Assembly (NCBI GenBank): GCA_020632095.1
Contig: JACKGF010000001.1
Coordinates: 326,638 to 390,637 of the forward strand
Origin: Candidatus Nomurabacteria bacterium
Lineage (GTDB): Bacteria; Patescibacteriota; Minisyncoccia; Phycocordibacterales; UBA918
Direction: 5' to 3'
Length of the DNA: 64,000 nucleotides
This document shows positions 1 to 9,963 of this stretch, one piece after another; positions within the stretch are counted from its first letter, which is position 1, and each line of letters opens with the position of its first letter. Made by a program: the position numbers and the translations under genes. The notes under the pieces are model-generated. The model did no database searches. It was given only the letters and a program-made list of their open reading frames with translations, and was not told the DNA's origin.

Positions 1-511
1 TAGCCAGGGCATAGAAGGGGGCCTTGTCTCCTACAAATTCAAAGAGCCATCCCCCAGCATAATGACCAAACGCACCTGAAAGTGACATCCCGCCATAAAG
101 CATACTGAGGTAATGACCACGTCTTGGCATGCCCTGCACAAGACTTTGTAAATACGCACCCAAGACAGGTCCCGTCGCAACCATAGTAAATGCCCACAAC
201 GATTTACCGCCCATATACATAAAAATGTTAAGTGATGAAGCGTAGACGATTGGAAATATTATCCCGATACTTAAGCCGATTAACAAGATCTTCTTTCGCC
301 CCATTCCATCTGACAATCGTCCCAAATACAAACCGAGTCCAGCCACCAGTATGGAACCAAGCGCGTATGTCAGGCCGATTAAAAATCCATTGTCTGTCAG
401 TGATGTTAGATATACCGACTCAATGGGGGCCAATATCCACCCACCGATACTTGTAAGTGTTGCCAGCACGCTTCCAAGAAAAAAGAGAGCCAGTGGAGAA
501 CGAGTTGTCAT
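1..511 (-). CDS. MFS-family transporter, N-terminal part (gene continues beyond window start)
   Basis: Minus-strand translation from the ATG (revcomp of ~509-511) reads MTTRSPLALFFLGSVLATL... It has several hydrophobic helices and the MFS loop signature GRLSDGMGRKKILLIG. The reading frame is open to the window edge, which is why it is absent from the ORF track. Confidence 0.6.
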   Translation of the reverse strand, partial: MTTRSPLALFFLGSVLATLTSIGGWILAPIESVYLTSLTDNGFLIGLTYALGSILVAGLGLYLGRLSDGMGRKKILLIGLSIGIIFPIVYASSLNIFMYMGGKSLWAFTMVATGPVLGAYLQSLVQGMPRRGHYLSMLYGGMSLSGAFGHYAGGWLFEFVGDKAPFYALA

Positions 512-809
512 ATGTCTATATTTTACCATCTCCTGTATAAAGTATTACATGTACCATGTCAGACTGTTGCCACAAAGAAGACGTTGTCACTGTCAGTGAC
601 TATAGATAGTAATTAGAAGAATCAATGTTGCTCTAAAGCCCCAAAGTAAAGCTCTACGGGGCTATATTTAATACACACCATACTCATCAAACAAGACACT
701 AACTGAACTCTCAATTACAACTTTTCCTATCAGTGTAATATGTATAAAAATTTACTGTTTTATGAAATAAAATCTTATTATACAAATATTCACATGATAT
801 ACTTTTAGG

Positions 810-1283
810 ATGAATAAGGTTATTGCAATTGTTTTCACATTAATGACATCATTAGCTGTTTATATTGACCTAATAAATTCTGGCTCAATAAGTGGGTATT
901 ATTTTGACCTAGGACTATTATTTTTTACCGGTTTTGTATGGTGGTTAGCACTAAGCCAACCAAACATTAGTGTGCGGCCAACTGTACTCGTTAAAAAACT
1001 TCCTTCCAAATCAAGAATTTTTAGATTATTTAGATTATTTATCTACATCTTAGTAATACAAGCATCAGGCTTTGCAATTTTTCCAGGATCCTTAGGCTCT
1101 AATGATCAACAAGGAAAATTGATTATCTTCCTTGCACTATCTACAATGTTTTCAACTATAGCAATTTTTGTGGCTGATAATTACTTAATTAAAAGTGGTA
1201 AAACATTAACAAAGGAAGTTGCTGTTAGAACTCTTCTTTTAATTGGAGCAATATGGCTCGTTATGTTTTTAACAACCTACTAG
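810..1283 (+). CDS. hypothetical 4-TM membrane protein in an AT-rich segment
   Basis: 157-aa ORF with four hydrophobic segments. The surrounding DNA looks AT-richer than the window average. I recognise no family. Confidence 0.4.
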   Translation: MNKVIAIVFTLMTSLAVYIDLINSGSISGYYFDLGLLFFTGFVWWLALSQPNISVRPTVLVKKLPSKSRIFRLFRLFIYILVIQASGFAIFPGSLGSNDQQGKLIIFLALSTMFSTIAIFVADNYLIKSGKTLTKEVAVRTLLLIGAIWLVMFLTTY

Positions 1284-1690
1284 CCATACTAATGAATTAA
1301 ACTTAGATGTCGACCACTTAAATTCGCTGTAACATGTAAAGTGACAGCACTATCCCTAGCAATACATACAGAAGGAGTGAACAGATCAACAGAAAATAAA
1401 ATTCTTACTTGTGGCGCTGTTGAGATGGGAAGGGTAATGTTCCAGTTGTTGCATTTGATTATTGTTTTGGTAGTTATGAAAAAATCTACATACGTCCAAG
1501 CTTCATACGAAGCAATAGTATCGTTACAGAAAAGCGCTCATCAGATAATAGAAAGATTTCCTACGCAACAAAAATTTTAAAGCTTAACGGAGTAATTGAG
1601 CATAGCGTGGAAATTATGTCTTAGTGTATACCAATAGTAATAATTGTCCTCGTCATTTGACAAGGATTCTTTATGCACAATACAAAAATT

Positions 1691-1710
1691 AACAGCCTGT
1701 TCAGGCTGTT
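1691..1710 (-). terminator. rho-independent terminator downstream of greA
   Basis: The hairpin is AACAGCCT-gttc-AGGCTGTT. On the minus strand it is followed by a T-rich run (aatttttgta), immediately 3' of the greA stop. Confidence 0.6.
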
Positions 1711-1738
1711 AATTTTATATGCGAATCTAGGTTTACAC

Positions 1739-2209
1739 CTAGTCTACCTTCAATACTTTGTACTTTTGCTTTCCAACTGGGGTTTCAAAATCAAATTCAT
1801 CACCCTTAGTCTTTCCCATCAAGGCTTCACCAAGTGGTGAAAGATATGACAGTTTTCGTTCGTGAATATTGGCTTCGTCTGAACCAACAATAGTATATTC
1901 TCTCTTATCCTTATCTTTATCTTTCTGAATAACTACTACTGAACCAAGACCAATTACATCTCCTCGCTTTTCATGAGCAACAATTTTTGCTTCTTTAATT
2001 GTCTTTTCTAGATAACCAATCCTCTCTTCAATCGCTGCCTGCATGTCGCGAGCTTCTTGGTACTCGGCATTTTCTGACAAATCTCCTAGACTTCGAGCGT
2101 ACTCTAGTGATTCTGCAACTTCCTTACGGCGAACGGTCTTAAGGTGGTCGAGTTCTTTCTTTAATTCATCGAACTTCTCTTGGGTTAAAAAGGCTTGTGT
2201 ATCATTCAT
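1739..2209 (-). CDS. greA: transcription elongation factor GreA
   Basis: 156 aa. The N-terminal coiled-coil (LTQEKFDELKKELDHL...RRKEVAESLEYARSLGDLSENAEYQEARD) and the C-terminal FKBP-like domain (VIGLGSVV...YTIVG...EANI...ISYLSPLGEALMGK) are both typical of GreA. Confidence 0.9.
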   Translation of the reverse strand: MNDTQAFLTQEKFDELKKELDHLKTVRRKEVAESLEYARSLGDLSENAEYQEARDMQAAIEERIGYLEKTIKEAKIVAHEKRGDVIGLGSVVVIQKDKDKDKREYTIVGSDEANIHERKLSYLSPLGEALMGKTKGDEFDFETPVGKQKYKVLKVD

Positions 2210-2313
2210 ATGCTAAATTTTCCCCAATTATACGCAGTAATCAGCGCGGGTCAAACTGTGGGTAACCATAAACATAAAAATAGCCCTAAATATTGTCTAC
2301 TTTGTTACAAATT

Positions 2314-2345
2314 CCGCCCGCACACATCTCTGGTGTACGGGCGGG
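2314..2345 (-). terminator. GC-rich hairpin downstream of the small membrane-protein gene
   Basis: CCGCCCGCACAC-atctctg-GTGTACGGGCGG, about 12 bp of stem with one mismatch. It sits between the 3' end of the 2351..2650 ORF and the greA start. Confidence 0.45.
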
Positions 2346-2350
2346 TGTGA

Positions 2351-2650
2351 CTAGCTATACTGTTTTTTTCCTCCAGGATATTTTCGATAGTAATGTATAC
2401 AACCGTTTGTAATACTCAGGAAAAATACACTGATACTCATCGTAAATGTAAGAGACCAATTTTGATGAAGCAAGGATTGGATGAGAATCAGAATCTGTAG
2501 CCCCCAAGATCCCCACGTCATCCCAAGCGATATTGATCGTGAGTCTTTTACTTTAATAAGCAATTTGATTTGGGGAAGAAACAACATCCATGTGAATAGT
2601 CCGGCCGTTGCAACCAGCCAGTCAAAAACTTGAACAAGCTCCGAATTCAT
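2351..2650 (-). CDS. PQ-loop/SemiSWEET-like small membrane protein (tentative)
   Basis: 99 aa with three predicted TM helices and an LPQIKLLIKVKDSRSISL segment. This resembles the PQ-loop motif of SemiSWEET/MtN3 proteins. Confidence 0.45.
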   Translation of the reverse strand: MNSELVQVFDWLVATAGLFTWMLFLPQIKLLIKVKDSRSISLGMTWGSWGLQILILIQSLLHQNWSLTFTMSISVFFLSITNGCIHYYRKYPGGKKQYS

Positions 2651-2726
2651 CTGAATACCTCCTAAGAACTTAGATACGCAAATATACAGTTTTTTTCCTG
2701 CACAGCAAGCACCTTACTCGAACTTC

Positions 2727-4460
2727 CTACTCCCCTATCTCCTCCTCAATCCCCAAGTACTCCGGCCGGTTAACTGACATCCACTGCACTACCTCGCCCA
2801 TTATCCTAGTCGCTCCCAAGGCGTTACTGCGCGGTGCATGATCCATCATTAGGATGAATGCATACTTAGGCTCCTCATAAGGCCAAAAACCGGCCGCCCA
2901 CGAGTTTACATAAGCATTACCTGCCCCAACCTCAGCTGTTCCCGATTTGGCTGCAATGGCGACATCTTTGCGCTCTAACGGTCTCGCCGTTCCACCATTT
3001 AAGGTAACCGTCTCACGCATCCCTTCATGAACTATTTTCATCAGGTCCGGATCAATACCAATATCAATTTTTTCACTTGTCTTACCTAATTCAACATGGG
3101 GAGTTAATAAGTAGCCACCATTAGCCAAAGCCGCATATGCTCGCAACATTTGAATTGGTGTAGCCAAAAAACCAAACTGCCCAATCGCGGTAAAGTAAGT
3201 GTCGCCTAAACGCCAATCATCATCAAACACTTTCTTTTTCCATTCTGGATCTGGCACAACTCCAGCCTGCTCTTCTGCTAAGTTAACACCAGTTAACTGA
3301 CCAAGGCCAAAGCGCCGATAATTAGCCGCCATCTTGGTAATCCCTAGTCCGGTCAAAGGTGTGGTCAATCCTGCTTGCGGAACCGCGATTTCTGGCAAAC
3401 CACCACCTACAATGTAGAAATAGATGTTTGAAGAAAAAGCAATCCCTTCTCTCATAGTCATCTTGCCGTGAGCGCGCCAGTCATTAAAGTAAGATGGTTG
3501 ACTCGGATTGTATGGATTAGGGATAACCAACGACCCGTTACTAAACAGTACTTTATCGGGTGATATGATATTGTTTTCAAGCGCTGCATAAGCTACAAAA
3601 GGCTTTACAATTGAGCCTGGTGTATAAACACCTCCAATCACTTTATTCAAAAAAGGAAACCGGTCATCTTGGTTGTACTGCTGAATAAGCTCCGTATCAT
3701 CACCATCAGCCATTACTTCTGGATCAAACGATGGGAAGCTAGTAAGAGCCAATATTTCACCCGTATGAATATCCATAATCGCAGCCGCTCCACTACGAAA
3801 ACCTGCTTTTATACTAGAAGTCGAAATAATGTTGTACATTGCTTCTGATAACTCAGCATCAATTGAGATCTTCAATTCCCCACCATCAACTGGTGCATCG
3901 ATTGCAAATTCACTCACCACTTCAGACAAAGCATCAACCTCAACAATCTTGCTACCATTGCCACCTTTTAAGACACTGTCAAAAGCTAGCTCAACTCCAC
4001 TTCGACCTAAGTAATCCGTACGAAAGAAGTACCCTCGATTATCCTTCTTTGGATAACTCACATAACCCAAAACTTGTCCCAAACCCAGTCTATCGGTGTA
4101 TGCTCGAATAGGAAAATCATATTCGCCTGACTCATCAACTTCATTCCAAACCAGCATTTCACCCCGCCGGTCATAAACCACTCCCCGCTCAGCAATAATC
4201 ATTCCTTTGTCGACACGATTGTTTTCAGCAATATTGCGAAACTCTTCACCACGTACAACCTGAAGCGAAAAAATTTGATACATGAAGGCACAGGTAATAA
4301 GCAAAAAAACTATCCAAACTGAACGAACATTCCGCTTGGTAATAGGTAGCTCGCGCTTACCTTCTAATCTAGCACGATTAAACTCGGGAATATTCGAAGA
4401 ATCAAGTAGAATCTCTTCTACTTCCACACTACCTGAATATCTATCACTGAGTTTTGACAT
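2727..4460 (-). CDS. mrdA: penicillin-binding protein 2 (peptidoglycan D,D-transpeptidase MrdA)
   Basis: 577 aa with an N-terminal membrane anchor. The transpeptidase motifs are present: SxxK (GSIVKPF), SxN (FSSNIYF) and KSG (AAKSGTAE). It lies directly downstream of mreBCD. Confidence 0.85.
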   Translation of the reverse strand: MSKLSDRYSGSVEVEEILLDSSNIPEFNRARLEGKRELPITKRNVRSVWIVFLLITCAFMYQIFSLQVVRGEEFRNIAENNRVDKGMIIAERGVVYDRRGEMLVWNEVDESGEYDFPIRAYTDRLGLGQVLGYVSYPKKDNRGYFFRTDYLGRSGVELAFDSVLKGGNGSKIVEVDALSEVVSEFAIDAPVDGGELKISIDAELSEAMYNIISTSSIKAGFRSGAAAIMDIHTGEILALTSFPSFDPEVMADGDDTELIQQYNQDDRFPFLNKVIGGVYTPGSIVKPFVAYAALENNIISPDKVLFSNGSLVIPNPYNPSQPSYFNDWRAHGKMTMREGIAFSSNIYFYIVGGGLPEIAVPQAGLTTPLTGLGITKMAANYRRFGLGQLTGVNLAEEQAGVVPDPEWKKKVFDDDWRLGDTYFTAIGQFGFLATPIQMLRAYAALANGGYLLTPHVELGKTSEKIDIGIDPDLMKIVHEGMRETVTLNGGTARPLERKDVAIAAKSGTAEVGAGNAYVNSWAAGFWPYEEPKYAFILMMDHAPRSNALGATRIMGEVVQWMSVNRPEYLGIEEEIGE

Positions 4461-4462
4461 AG

Positions 4463-4717
4463 TTAATCTCTTGTCGTCGTTAACTTTGGTTTAAAAAATT
4501 CGATAAATAAGTACCAAGCAATTGCTATAACACTTAGTACTGGAAATGTATAAAAAGCACCATAATAACCATCAATAATTATAGCTAATGGCACTAAAGC
4601 GTAAGATTGATATCTTAAACTAAAAACAAGCCCCGCTAATAAAGTTAAAATTATCCAGTTATGTAAAACTGATACCGTTATTATTAAATATAATAAAATT
4701 GCTAAAAATATACTCAT
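4463..4717 (-). CDS. mreD: small polytopic membrane protein, possible minimal MreD
   Basis: 84 aa, entirely hydrophobic. It sits between mreC and mrdA, the canonical mreD position, but is shorter than typical MreD, so the call is positional. Confidence 0.4.
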   Translation of the reverse strand: MSIFLAILLYLIITVSVLHNWIILTLLAGLVFSLRYQSYALVPLAIIIDGYYGAFYTFPVLSVIAIAWYLFIEFFKPKLTTTRD

Positions 4718-5634
4718 ATAGATTCTGATTCAGGAGTTGATGAAGCTTTTGTTGAGGTACCAATTTCACCGACTGTTAAACCTTTGACCAACAACTCTGA
4801 CTTCATTAATTCCAAAATATGACTATCAATTTCAGTAGCGGAATGGGCAATCTGAGATTGTTTACCAACCGACACTTGGAACAAGCTTGAGATAGAAATT
4901 TCGGGTGTGATATAGCCATATTGTTCAGGTTGAGTTGGTAGATTTTCCACGTATGAAATTCGACCAAACACACCTGGTTCAACACTTGGAAGATAGACAA
5001 GATTACCCACAGTAATCGGAATACCTTGTGGCACTCTTACACGCGCCACCCCACCACCATACCCTTCCATAGTCGCCACCACATTAGGACCACTAATAAA
5101 TGTTGATGTCTCAAAACCTGACGTAGTAAACAATTCCACAAATGAATAATCTGTGGCCGTATGCACAACTAAACCAATTACCACATCATCCCCAATAAAT
5201 ACCGGCGAACCAACTTCAACCCCATGATCAGAACCACGGTCAATCTGCAAAAAATCATAAGGAAGCTCATCAGGCCGAGCGATCACAGCTGCTAGAATCC
5301 TTGATTCCTCTTTCGCTCCCAGTAATTGCCTTAATCTTAAATTTTCTTCCAGCAACCTTTGCTGGGTAACATTCAACCCACCAGCTATCACCAATTCATT
5401 TTCTAGTTCTTGAATTTTATTTTGAAAGTACAAACGATCACGCACCATCATTGGAAACAAGCTTGAAGACTCCTTTAGCCACACGTCTGCAGAATGAATT
5501 GGATACATTATTACGGCAGCAGTTATAGAAAAAACTTTTGGTAGAGCCAAACCAATCAATACTACCAAAACTGATAATACTACCCATCTGGCAATACTTT
5601 TACGACTAGAGTTGTGTCGCGATTGTACCCTCAT
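4714..5634 (-). CDS. mreC: rod shape-determining protein MreC
   Basis: 306 aa with an N-terminal TM segment and a coiled-coil (QNKIQELENELV...EENLRLRQLL), followed by a beta-rich domain. It is adjacent to mreB. Confidence 0.8.
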   Translation of the reverse strand: MRVQSRHNSSRKSIARWVVLSVLVVLIGLALPKVFSITAAVIMYPIHSADVWLKESSSLFPMMVRDRLYFQNKIQELENELVIAGGLNVTQQRLLEENLRLRQLLGAKEESRILAAVIARPDELPYDFLQIDRGSDHGVEVGSPVFIGDDVVIGLVVHTATDYSFVELFTTSGFETSTFISGPNVVATMEGYGGGVARVRVPQGIPITVGNLVYLPSVEPGVFGRISYVENLPTQPEQYGYITPEISISSLFQVSVGKQSQIAHSATEIDSHILELMKSELLVKGLTVGEIGTSTKASSTPESESI

Positions 5635-6685
5635 GATCTAACAATATCTCATTATATTCATCTAGATTTTCTATCACGATTCCGGCCCCACGAATCACTG
5701 CCCGCAGAGGGTCTGGCACCACTATCACTGGAACTTGTAGTTCATGCTCAAGCAAGGGCGCTAAGCCAGGAATCAAAGCCCCACCTCCAGAAAGATGGAT
5801 TCCACGCTGCATAATATCAGCCAACACTTCAGGTGGTGTTTCTTCCAAGACCGCTCTTACTGTTTCGACCATAGTGTCTACCTGACCGGCCACCGCATCG
5901 CGCACATCAGTATCAGTAACCACCACCTCACGTGGTAAACCAGTCACTACATCACGACCACGGGCTACCAACTCCTTGCCTGAGTCTGATTGTGAAATAG
6001 AAGCAAGAGCAATCTTAGCATCTTCGGCCGTCTTCTCACCAACATAAACCTTAAACTGATCACGAATATATGACATTATAGAAGCGTTGAGATGGTCTCC
6101 CGCAATACGCAGATTACGCGAAACAACCAAACCATTTAGCGATATCACAGCAATGTCTGTCGTCCCGCCACCAATATCAATAATCATACTTCCCACTGCT
6201 TTGCCAATTGGTAGCTTAGCCCCAATAGCTGCCGCCATAGGCTCTTCAATCAAAAACACATCTCGCGCACCAGCATTTTTGGCTGCGTCTTGAGCAGCTC
6301 GCATTTCTACATTTGTAATACCCGATGGTACACCAATCAACATCCGAGGTGCCACCAAAGAACGCATCTCACTTCTAACCTTACCAATTAAATAAGATAA
6401 CATTTCCTCTGTCACCTCAAAGTCAGAAATCACTCCATCCACCAACGGTCGTATCACTTCAATATGCGATGGGGTGCGCCCTTGCATCGCCTTAGCTTCA
6501 TTTCCTACCGCTACCAACTGTCCTGTCTTTTTATTTATGGCTACAATAGTTGGTTCGTTCAAAACTATACCCTTCCCTTTGACATACACTAAAGTATTAG
6601 CTGTCCCGAGGTCAATAGCCATATCTGTCGACACCATTGAAAGGAGCGCATTTAATTGTCGCGTAAAAACGTTCATTTTGAACAT
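5606..6685 (-). CDS. mreB: rod shape-determining actin homolog MreB
   Basis: It has the actin-fold phosphate-1 motif (AIDLGTANTLVYVKGKGIVLNEPTIVA) and the DIGGGTTD motif. A length of 359 aa including the N-terminal amphipathic extension is typical of MreB. Confidence 0.9.
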   Translation of the reverse strand: MFKMNVFTRQLNALLSMVSTDMAIDLGTANTLVYVKGKGIVLNEPTIVAINKKTGQLVAVGNEAKAMQGRTPSHIEVIRPLVDGVISDFEVTEEMLSYLIGKVRSEMRSLVAPRMLIGVPSGITNVEMRAAQDAAKNAGARDVFLIEEPMAAAIGAKLPIGKAVGSMIIDIGGGTTDIAVISLNGLVVSRNLRIAGDHLNASIMSYIRDQFKVYVGEKTAEDAKIALASISQSDSGKELVARGRDVVTGLPREVVVTDTDVRDAVAGQVDTMVETVRAVLEETPPEVLADIMQRGIHLSGGGALIPGLAPLLEHELQVPVIVVPDPLRAVIRGAGIVIENLDEYNEILLDHEGTIATQL

Positions 6686-6946
6686 TGTACTACGTAATCA
6701 CAAACCAGCAAAATGTTTACCTTGTTGGTAGCAACCCTGTCAAAAAGATGTCCCTAGGAATTAGGTCGAAAATAGTCACGGGCTATGAATTTTCGTTTGC
6801 TCATTCAGGTAAGTACCTTACATAGAGTTCATTACAGCTCGCCACCAGTATAATCTCCCTTGGTAGGTCGATTCTGCTGAAGCGCCTGTATAAATTCGCA
6901 ATAGTTGCAAAAATTAAGGAATGAAATGACTATAATTTCTGTATGT

Positions 6947-6977
6947 CAGAATTTGTTCTGCCCTTGGGCAAATTCTG
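6947..6977 (-). terminator. hairpin downstream of proS
   Basis: CAGAATTTG-(13 nt loop)-CAAATTCTG is a perfect 9-bp stem about 20 nt 3' of the proS stop. It lies inside the roughly 310-bp noncoding gap before mreB. Confidence 0.5.
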
Positions 6978-6998
6978 ACCGCCTGACGGCTCCTTTGC

Positions 6999-8288
6999 TC
7001 ATTCAACAAAGTCTTCGTATAGTTCCTCTTCAGTTAGATTCCTCACCTCTCCATTAGCGCGAGTTACTACTTCAAAAGTACCGGCTTCTTTGGATTTTTT
7101 ACTAACTACTACTCGATACGGAATACCAATTAGATCACTGTCAGCAAACTTCTCTCCCGGCCTGGCTTCTCTATCATCATAGAGAACTTCCACTCCTAGT
7201 TTCTGCAAAGCAGTGTAAACCCCATCAGACCAATCACGAATCTCGTCGTCATCAGTGTTTAGAGCCACTAAGTGAACTTTAAATGGCGCAATACTTTCTG
7301 GCCAAACTATTCCTTTGTCGTCTGCAAATTTTTCCACCACAACCCCCATAACTCTAGTTATACCTATACCATAAGAACCCATCCAAACAGGCACCTTTTC
7401 TCCAGCATCATTTTTGAAAAACAACCCGACCTCCTCTCCCTTCTGTCGACCGAAGTTAAATATATTTCCCACCTCGGCGGTTTTAGTTTCTACTAATTCT
7501 TCTTGCGTTACACCCAATTCTGACAAATCAGTCTTAGCAAGCACTTCTTCATTTATTGCAATTCCTTTTTCGCGATTAATATAGGTAATATCCTCACCAG
7601 CTTCACATACGGTCTGGAACTCGTGACTGAACTCCGTGAATGCCCCACCAGCTGCAAAAGTTACAAAAGTGTCTCCTCCGATTCCAAGTCGATTAAAGAC
7701 ATTTGTATACGCAACTTTGCTAGCTTCATACATTTCTTCATGTTGCTCTTCAGTCTCGGCAAAAGAATACATATCCTTCATAAGAAACTCACGACCACGC
7801 ATAATTCCGCTCTTAGCTCGCAATTCATTCCGTAATTTATTTTGGAATTGATAAATCATTGTTGGTAGATCTTTATAACTAGAAATATGATTTATCATCA
7901 TATTTGCCAAAGGCTCTTCATGACTCCAACCAAAACCAACCTCTCCACCGGCCTTAAGTTCGCTTTTGAACCAAACATCTACCACCTCGTCGCTCCAACG
8001 ACTAGTACGTTCCCACAAATCTTTACGTTGTAGTGTAGTTGCAAGCATTTCCTGTCCAGAAACATTATTCATTTCTTCACGAACTATTTGCTTAATTTTT
8101 TCAACAACCTTCAAACCCAACGGCAACAGTTGATATACTCCCGCCATTTCTTTATGAATATACCCTGCTCGAATAAGCAACTGAGCATTTTTTGCCTGTT
8201 CGTCAGATGGTGCTTCTTTGAGTGTCTTTGTAAAAAGTCTTGATTGGCGCATGTTTTGTTTAGGATTAAAGAAGTCTAGCAATATCAT
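6999..8288 (-). CDS. proS: prolyl-tRNA synthetase (compact form lacking the bacterial editing insertion)
   Basis: A class II aaRS. RAGYIHKEMAGVYQLLPLGLKV matches the ProS N-terminus. The catalytic core plus C-terminal anticodon-binding region total only about 420 aa. Confidence 0.85.
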   Translation of the reverse strand: MILLDFFNPKQNMRQSRLFTKTLKEAPSDEQAKNAQLLIRAGYIHKEMAGVYQLLPLGLKVVEKIKQIVREEMNNVSGQEMLATTLQRKDLWERTSRWSDEVVDVWFKSELKAGGEVGFGWSHEEPLANMMINHISSYKDLPTMIYQFQNKLRNELRAKSGIMRGREFLMKDMYSFAETEEQHEEMYEASKVAYTNVFNRLGIGGDTFVTFAAGGAFTEFSHEFQTVCEAGEDITYINREKGIAINEEVLAKTDLSELGVTQEELVETKTAEVGNIFNFGRQKGEEVGLFFKNDAGEKVPVWMGSYGIGITRVMGVVVEKFADDKGIVWPESIAPFKVHLVALNTDDDEIRDWSDGVYTALQKLGVEVLYDDREARPGEKFADSDLIGIPYRVVVSKKSKEAGTFEVVTRANGEVRNLTEEELYEDFVE

Positions 8289-9363
8289 TGTAGGTCACTG
8301 CAATCATCAATATCATCAAAAGAGCAAATCCAAGCAAGTTTACTCTACCAGCCCAGACGGGAGGAATGTGGCTACCAGTTACAGCCTCGATAGCCACAAA
8401 GACTAAGCGTCCGCCATCGAGAGCAGGAAAAGGTAACAAATTAATTACTGCGAGATTAAGTGAAATAATTGCGGTAAATGTAAGTAGAGCGGTAATTCCA
8501 TATGCCGCGGCTTCTCCCACCAAACCAACAATCCCAACCGGACCAGCCACTTGAGAAAAATCTGCCTTACCAGTAATAGTTTGTTTTAACAATGAGCCAA
8601 GACCACCAGCAATTCCAGTTAATCCATTATACGTTGAGACGAATCCATCTGAGATTGCAGTGAAGAATGGTTTCCTAACCACCTCAACCAGCGACAACGC
8701 CGCTCCGACTAAATATCTATCTGGATTTTCCTTATCCAAACCTTGTACGGGGGTAATCGAGACCTTTTTATCCTCACCTTTGTAAGTATAAAAAACATTT
8801 ACACTTTCCGGAGCAGCATCTGTCACAAAACGACTAAATTCAGTTGGGGTTGGATTTTCAATTTTATTATTCTCATTCTCAACTGCGTTCACAACTGAAC
8901 CAGCTGGTATAACTGCAGCGGGGCTATCTGGCAAAACATCCATTATAGACAATTCAGCAGCACTAGTTGCATCAGCCTCATCGACCACTGTCGGCAAACC
9001 AATCATGTAGGTAAGACTAAACAAAAACCAAGCAAACAAAATATTCATTGTTACTCCAGCAATTAAAACTAGTGCTTGTGCCCACTTTGGTCTGGCAGCA
9101 AAAGAACGACTAACGTCTATCCCAGACTCTTTCTCCTCGGCCGCATCAGCAAAATTTTCACCCCATATCCGTACGAATCCGCCTATTGGCAAGGCGTTAA
9201 AGGTGTATTCTGTTTCCCCTTTCTTAACGCTAAACAATTTTGGAGGAAAACCAATACCAAACTCATCTACCCGCATGCCGGTTTTTTTAGCCACGATAAA
9301 GTGCCCCCACTCATGAACCAAAACCAAGACAAACAACACTAGTAAAAAAAGTATGACGGACAT
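8266..9363 (-). CDS. rseP: RIP zinc metalloprotease RseP (site-2 protease)
   Basis: It has an HEWGHF (HExxH) motif in the first TM helix, a central PDZ-like region and a C-terminal LDGG motif (NLLPFPALDGG). Confidence 0.85.
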   Translation of the reverse strand: MSVILFLLVLFVLVLVHEWGHFIVAKKTGMRVDEFGIGFPPKLFSVKKGETEYTFNALPIGGFVRIWGENFADAAEEKESGIDVSRSFAARPKWAQALVLIAGVTMNILFAWFLFSLTYMIGLPTVVDEADATSAAELSIMDVLPDSPAAVIPAGSVVNAVENENNKIENPTPTEFSRFVTDAAPESVNVFYTYKGEDKKVSITPVQGLDKENPDRYLVGAALSLVEVVRKPFFTAISDGFVSTYNGLTGIAGGLGSLLKQTITGKADFSQVAGPVGIVGLVGEAAAYGITALLTFTAIISLNLAVINLLPFPALDGGRLVFVAIEAVTGSHIPPVWAGRVNLLGFALLMILMIAVTYNDIARLL

Positions 9364-9371
9364 ATATTATT

Positions 9372-9914
9372 TTATTTATTCAACTCAGCTTCCTTACCTG
9401 TAAACAATTCCTCTAAAGACCGGTTAGCATCATCAACAGCTGACTGCACCCCTTCTCTTTGTGAAAACTTCTCATCTTCACCAATATCACCATCCTTCTC
9501 GGACTTATCAATTGCTTTCATTGCTTCATCACGTACTGCCCGCACCGAAATTCGTGCATCTTCTAGCTTACTCTTTGCTAATTTAAGTAACTGTACCCTA
9601 CGCTCCGAAGTGAGTTCTGGAAATATTACCCGTAATCCTGAAGAGTCAGTCACGATTGATACTCCTAGATCCGACTCGCGAACAGCTCGTTCTAAAGCCG
9701 CGATCTGTGAATTATCCCAGACTGAAATTCGCAAAGTCCGAGCGTCTTCCACCCCAATACTTCCAACTTGATTAATTGACATGAATGAACCATAGCTTTC
9801 AACCTTAACACTATCAAGCAGAGCGGGGTTAGCCTGGCCAGTCCGAATACTTGAATATTCCTTTTGTAACCATTCTTTAACCTCGTGTAATTTTTGTTTG
9901 ATGTCATTATCCAT
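9372..9914 (-). CDS. frr: ribosome recycling factor
   Basis: 180 aa with RTGQANPALLDSVKVESYG...LRISVWDNS and other typical Frr segments. Confidence 0.9.
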   Translation of the reverse strand: MDNDIKQKLHEVKEWLQKEYSSIRTGQANPALLDSVKVESYGSFMSINQVGSIGVEDARTLRISVWDNSQIAALERAVRESDLGVSIVTDSSGLRVIFPELTSERRVQLLKLAKSKLEDARISVRAVRDEAMKAIDKSEKDGDIGEDEKFSQREGVQSAVDDANRSLEELFTGKEAELNK

Positions 9915-9963
9915 ACAATGTAGATTCTATATACTTATTATAACCTTAGTGTAACATCTTATT

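Noticed and set aside
1341-1580. 79-aa ORF in the AT-rich gap upstream of greA
   Set aside because: It has no RBS or start context and an unremarkable composition, and it sits in AT-rich DNA where random ORFs are common. It is kept only as part of the finding on this region.
3829-4494. Plus-strand ORFs (61-90 aa) inside mrdA
   Set aside because: They are antisense to a well-supported PBP2 gene and have low-complexity Ser/Pro/His-rich products. The same reasoning applies to the other short antisense ORFs in the track.
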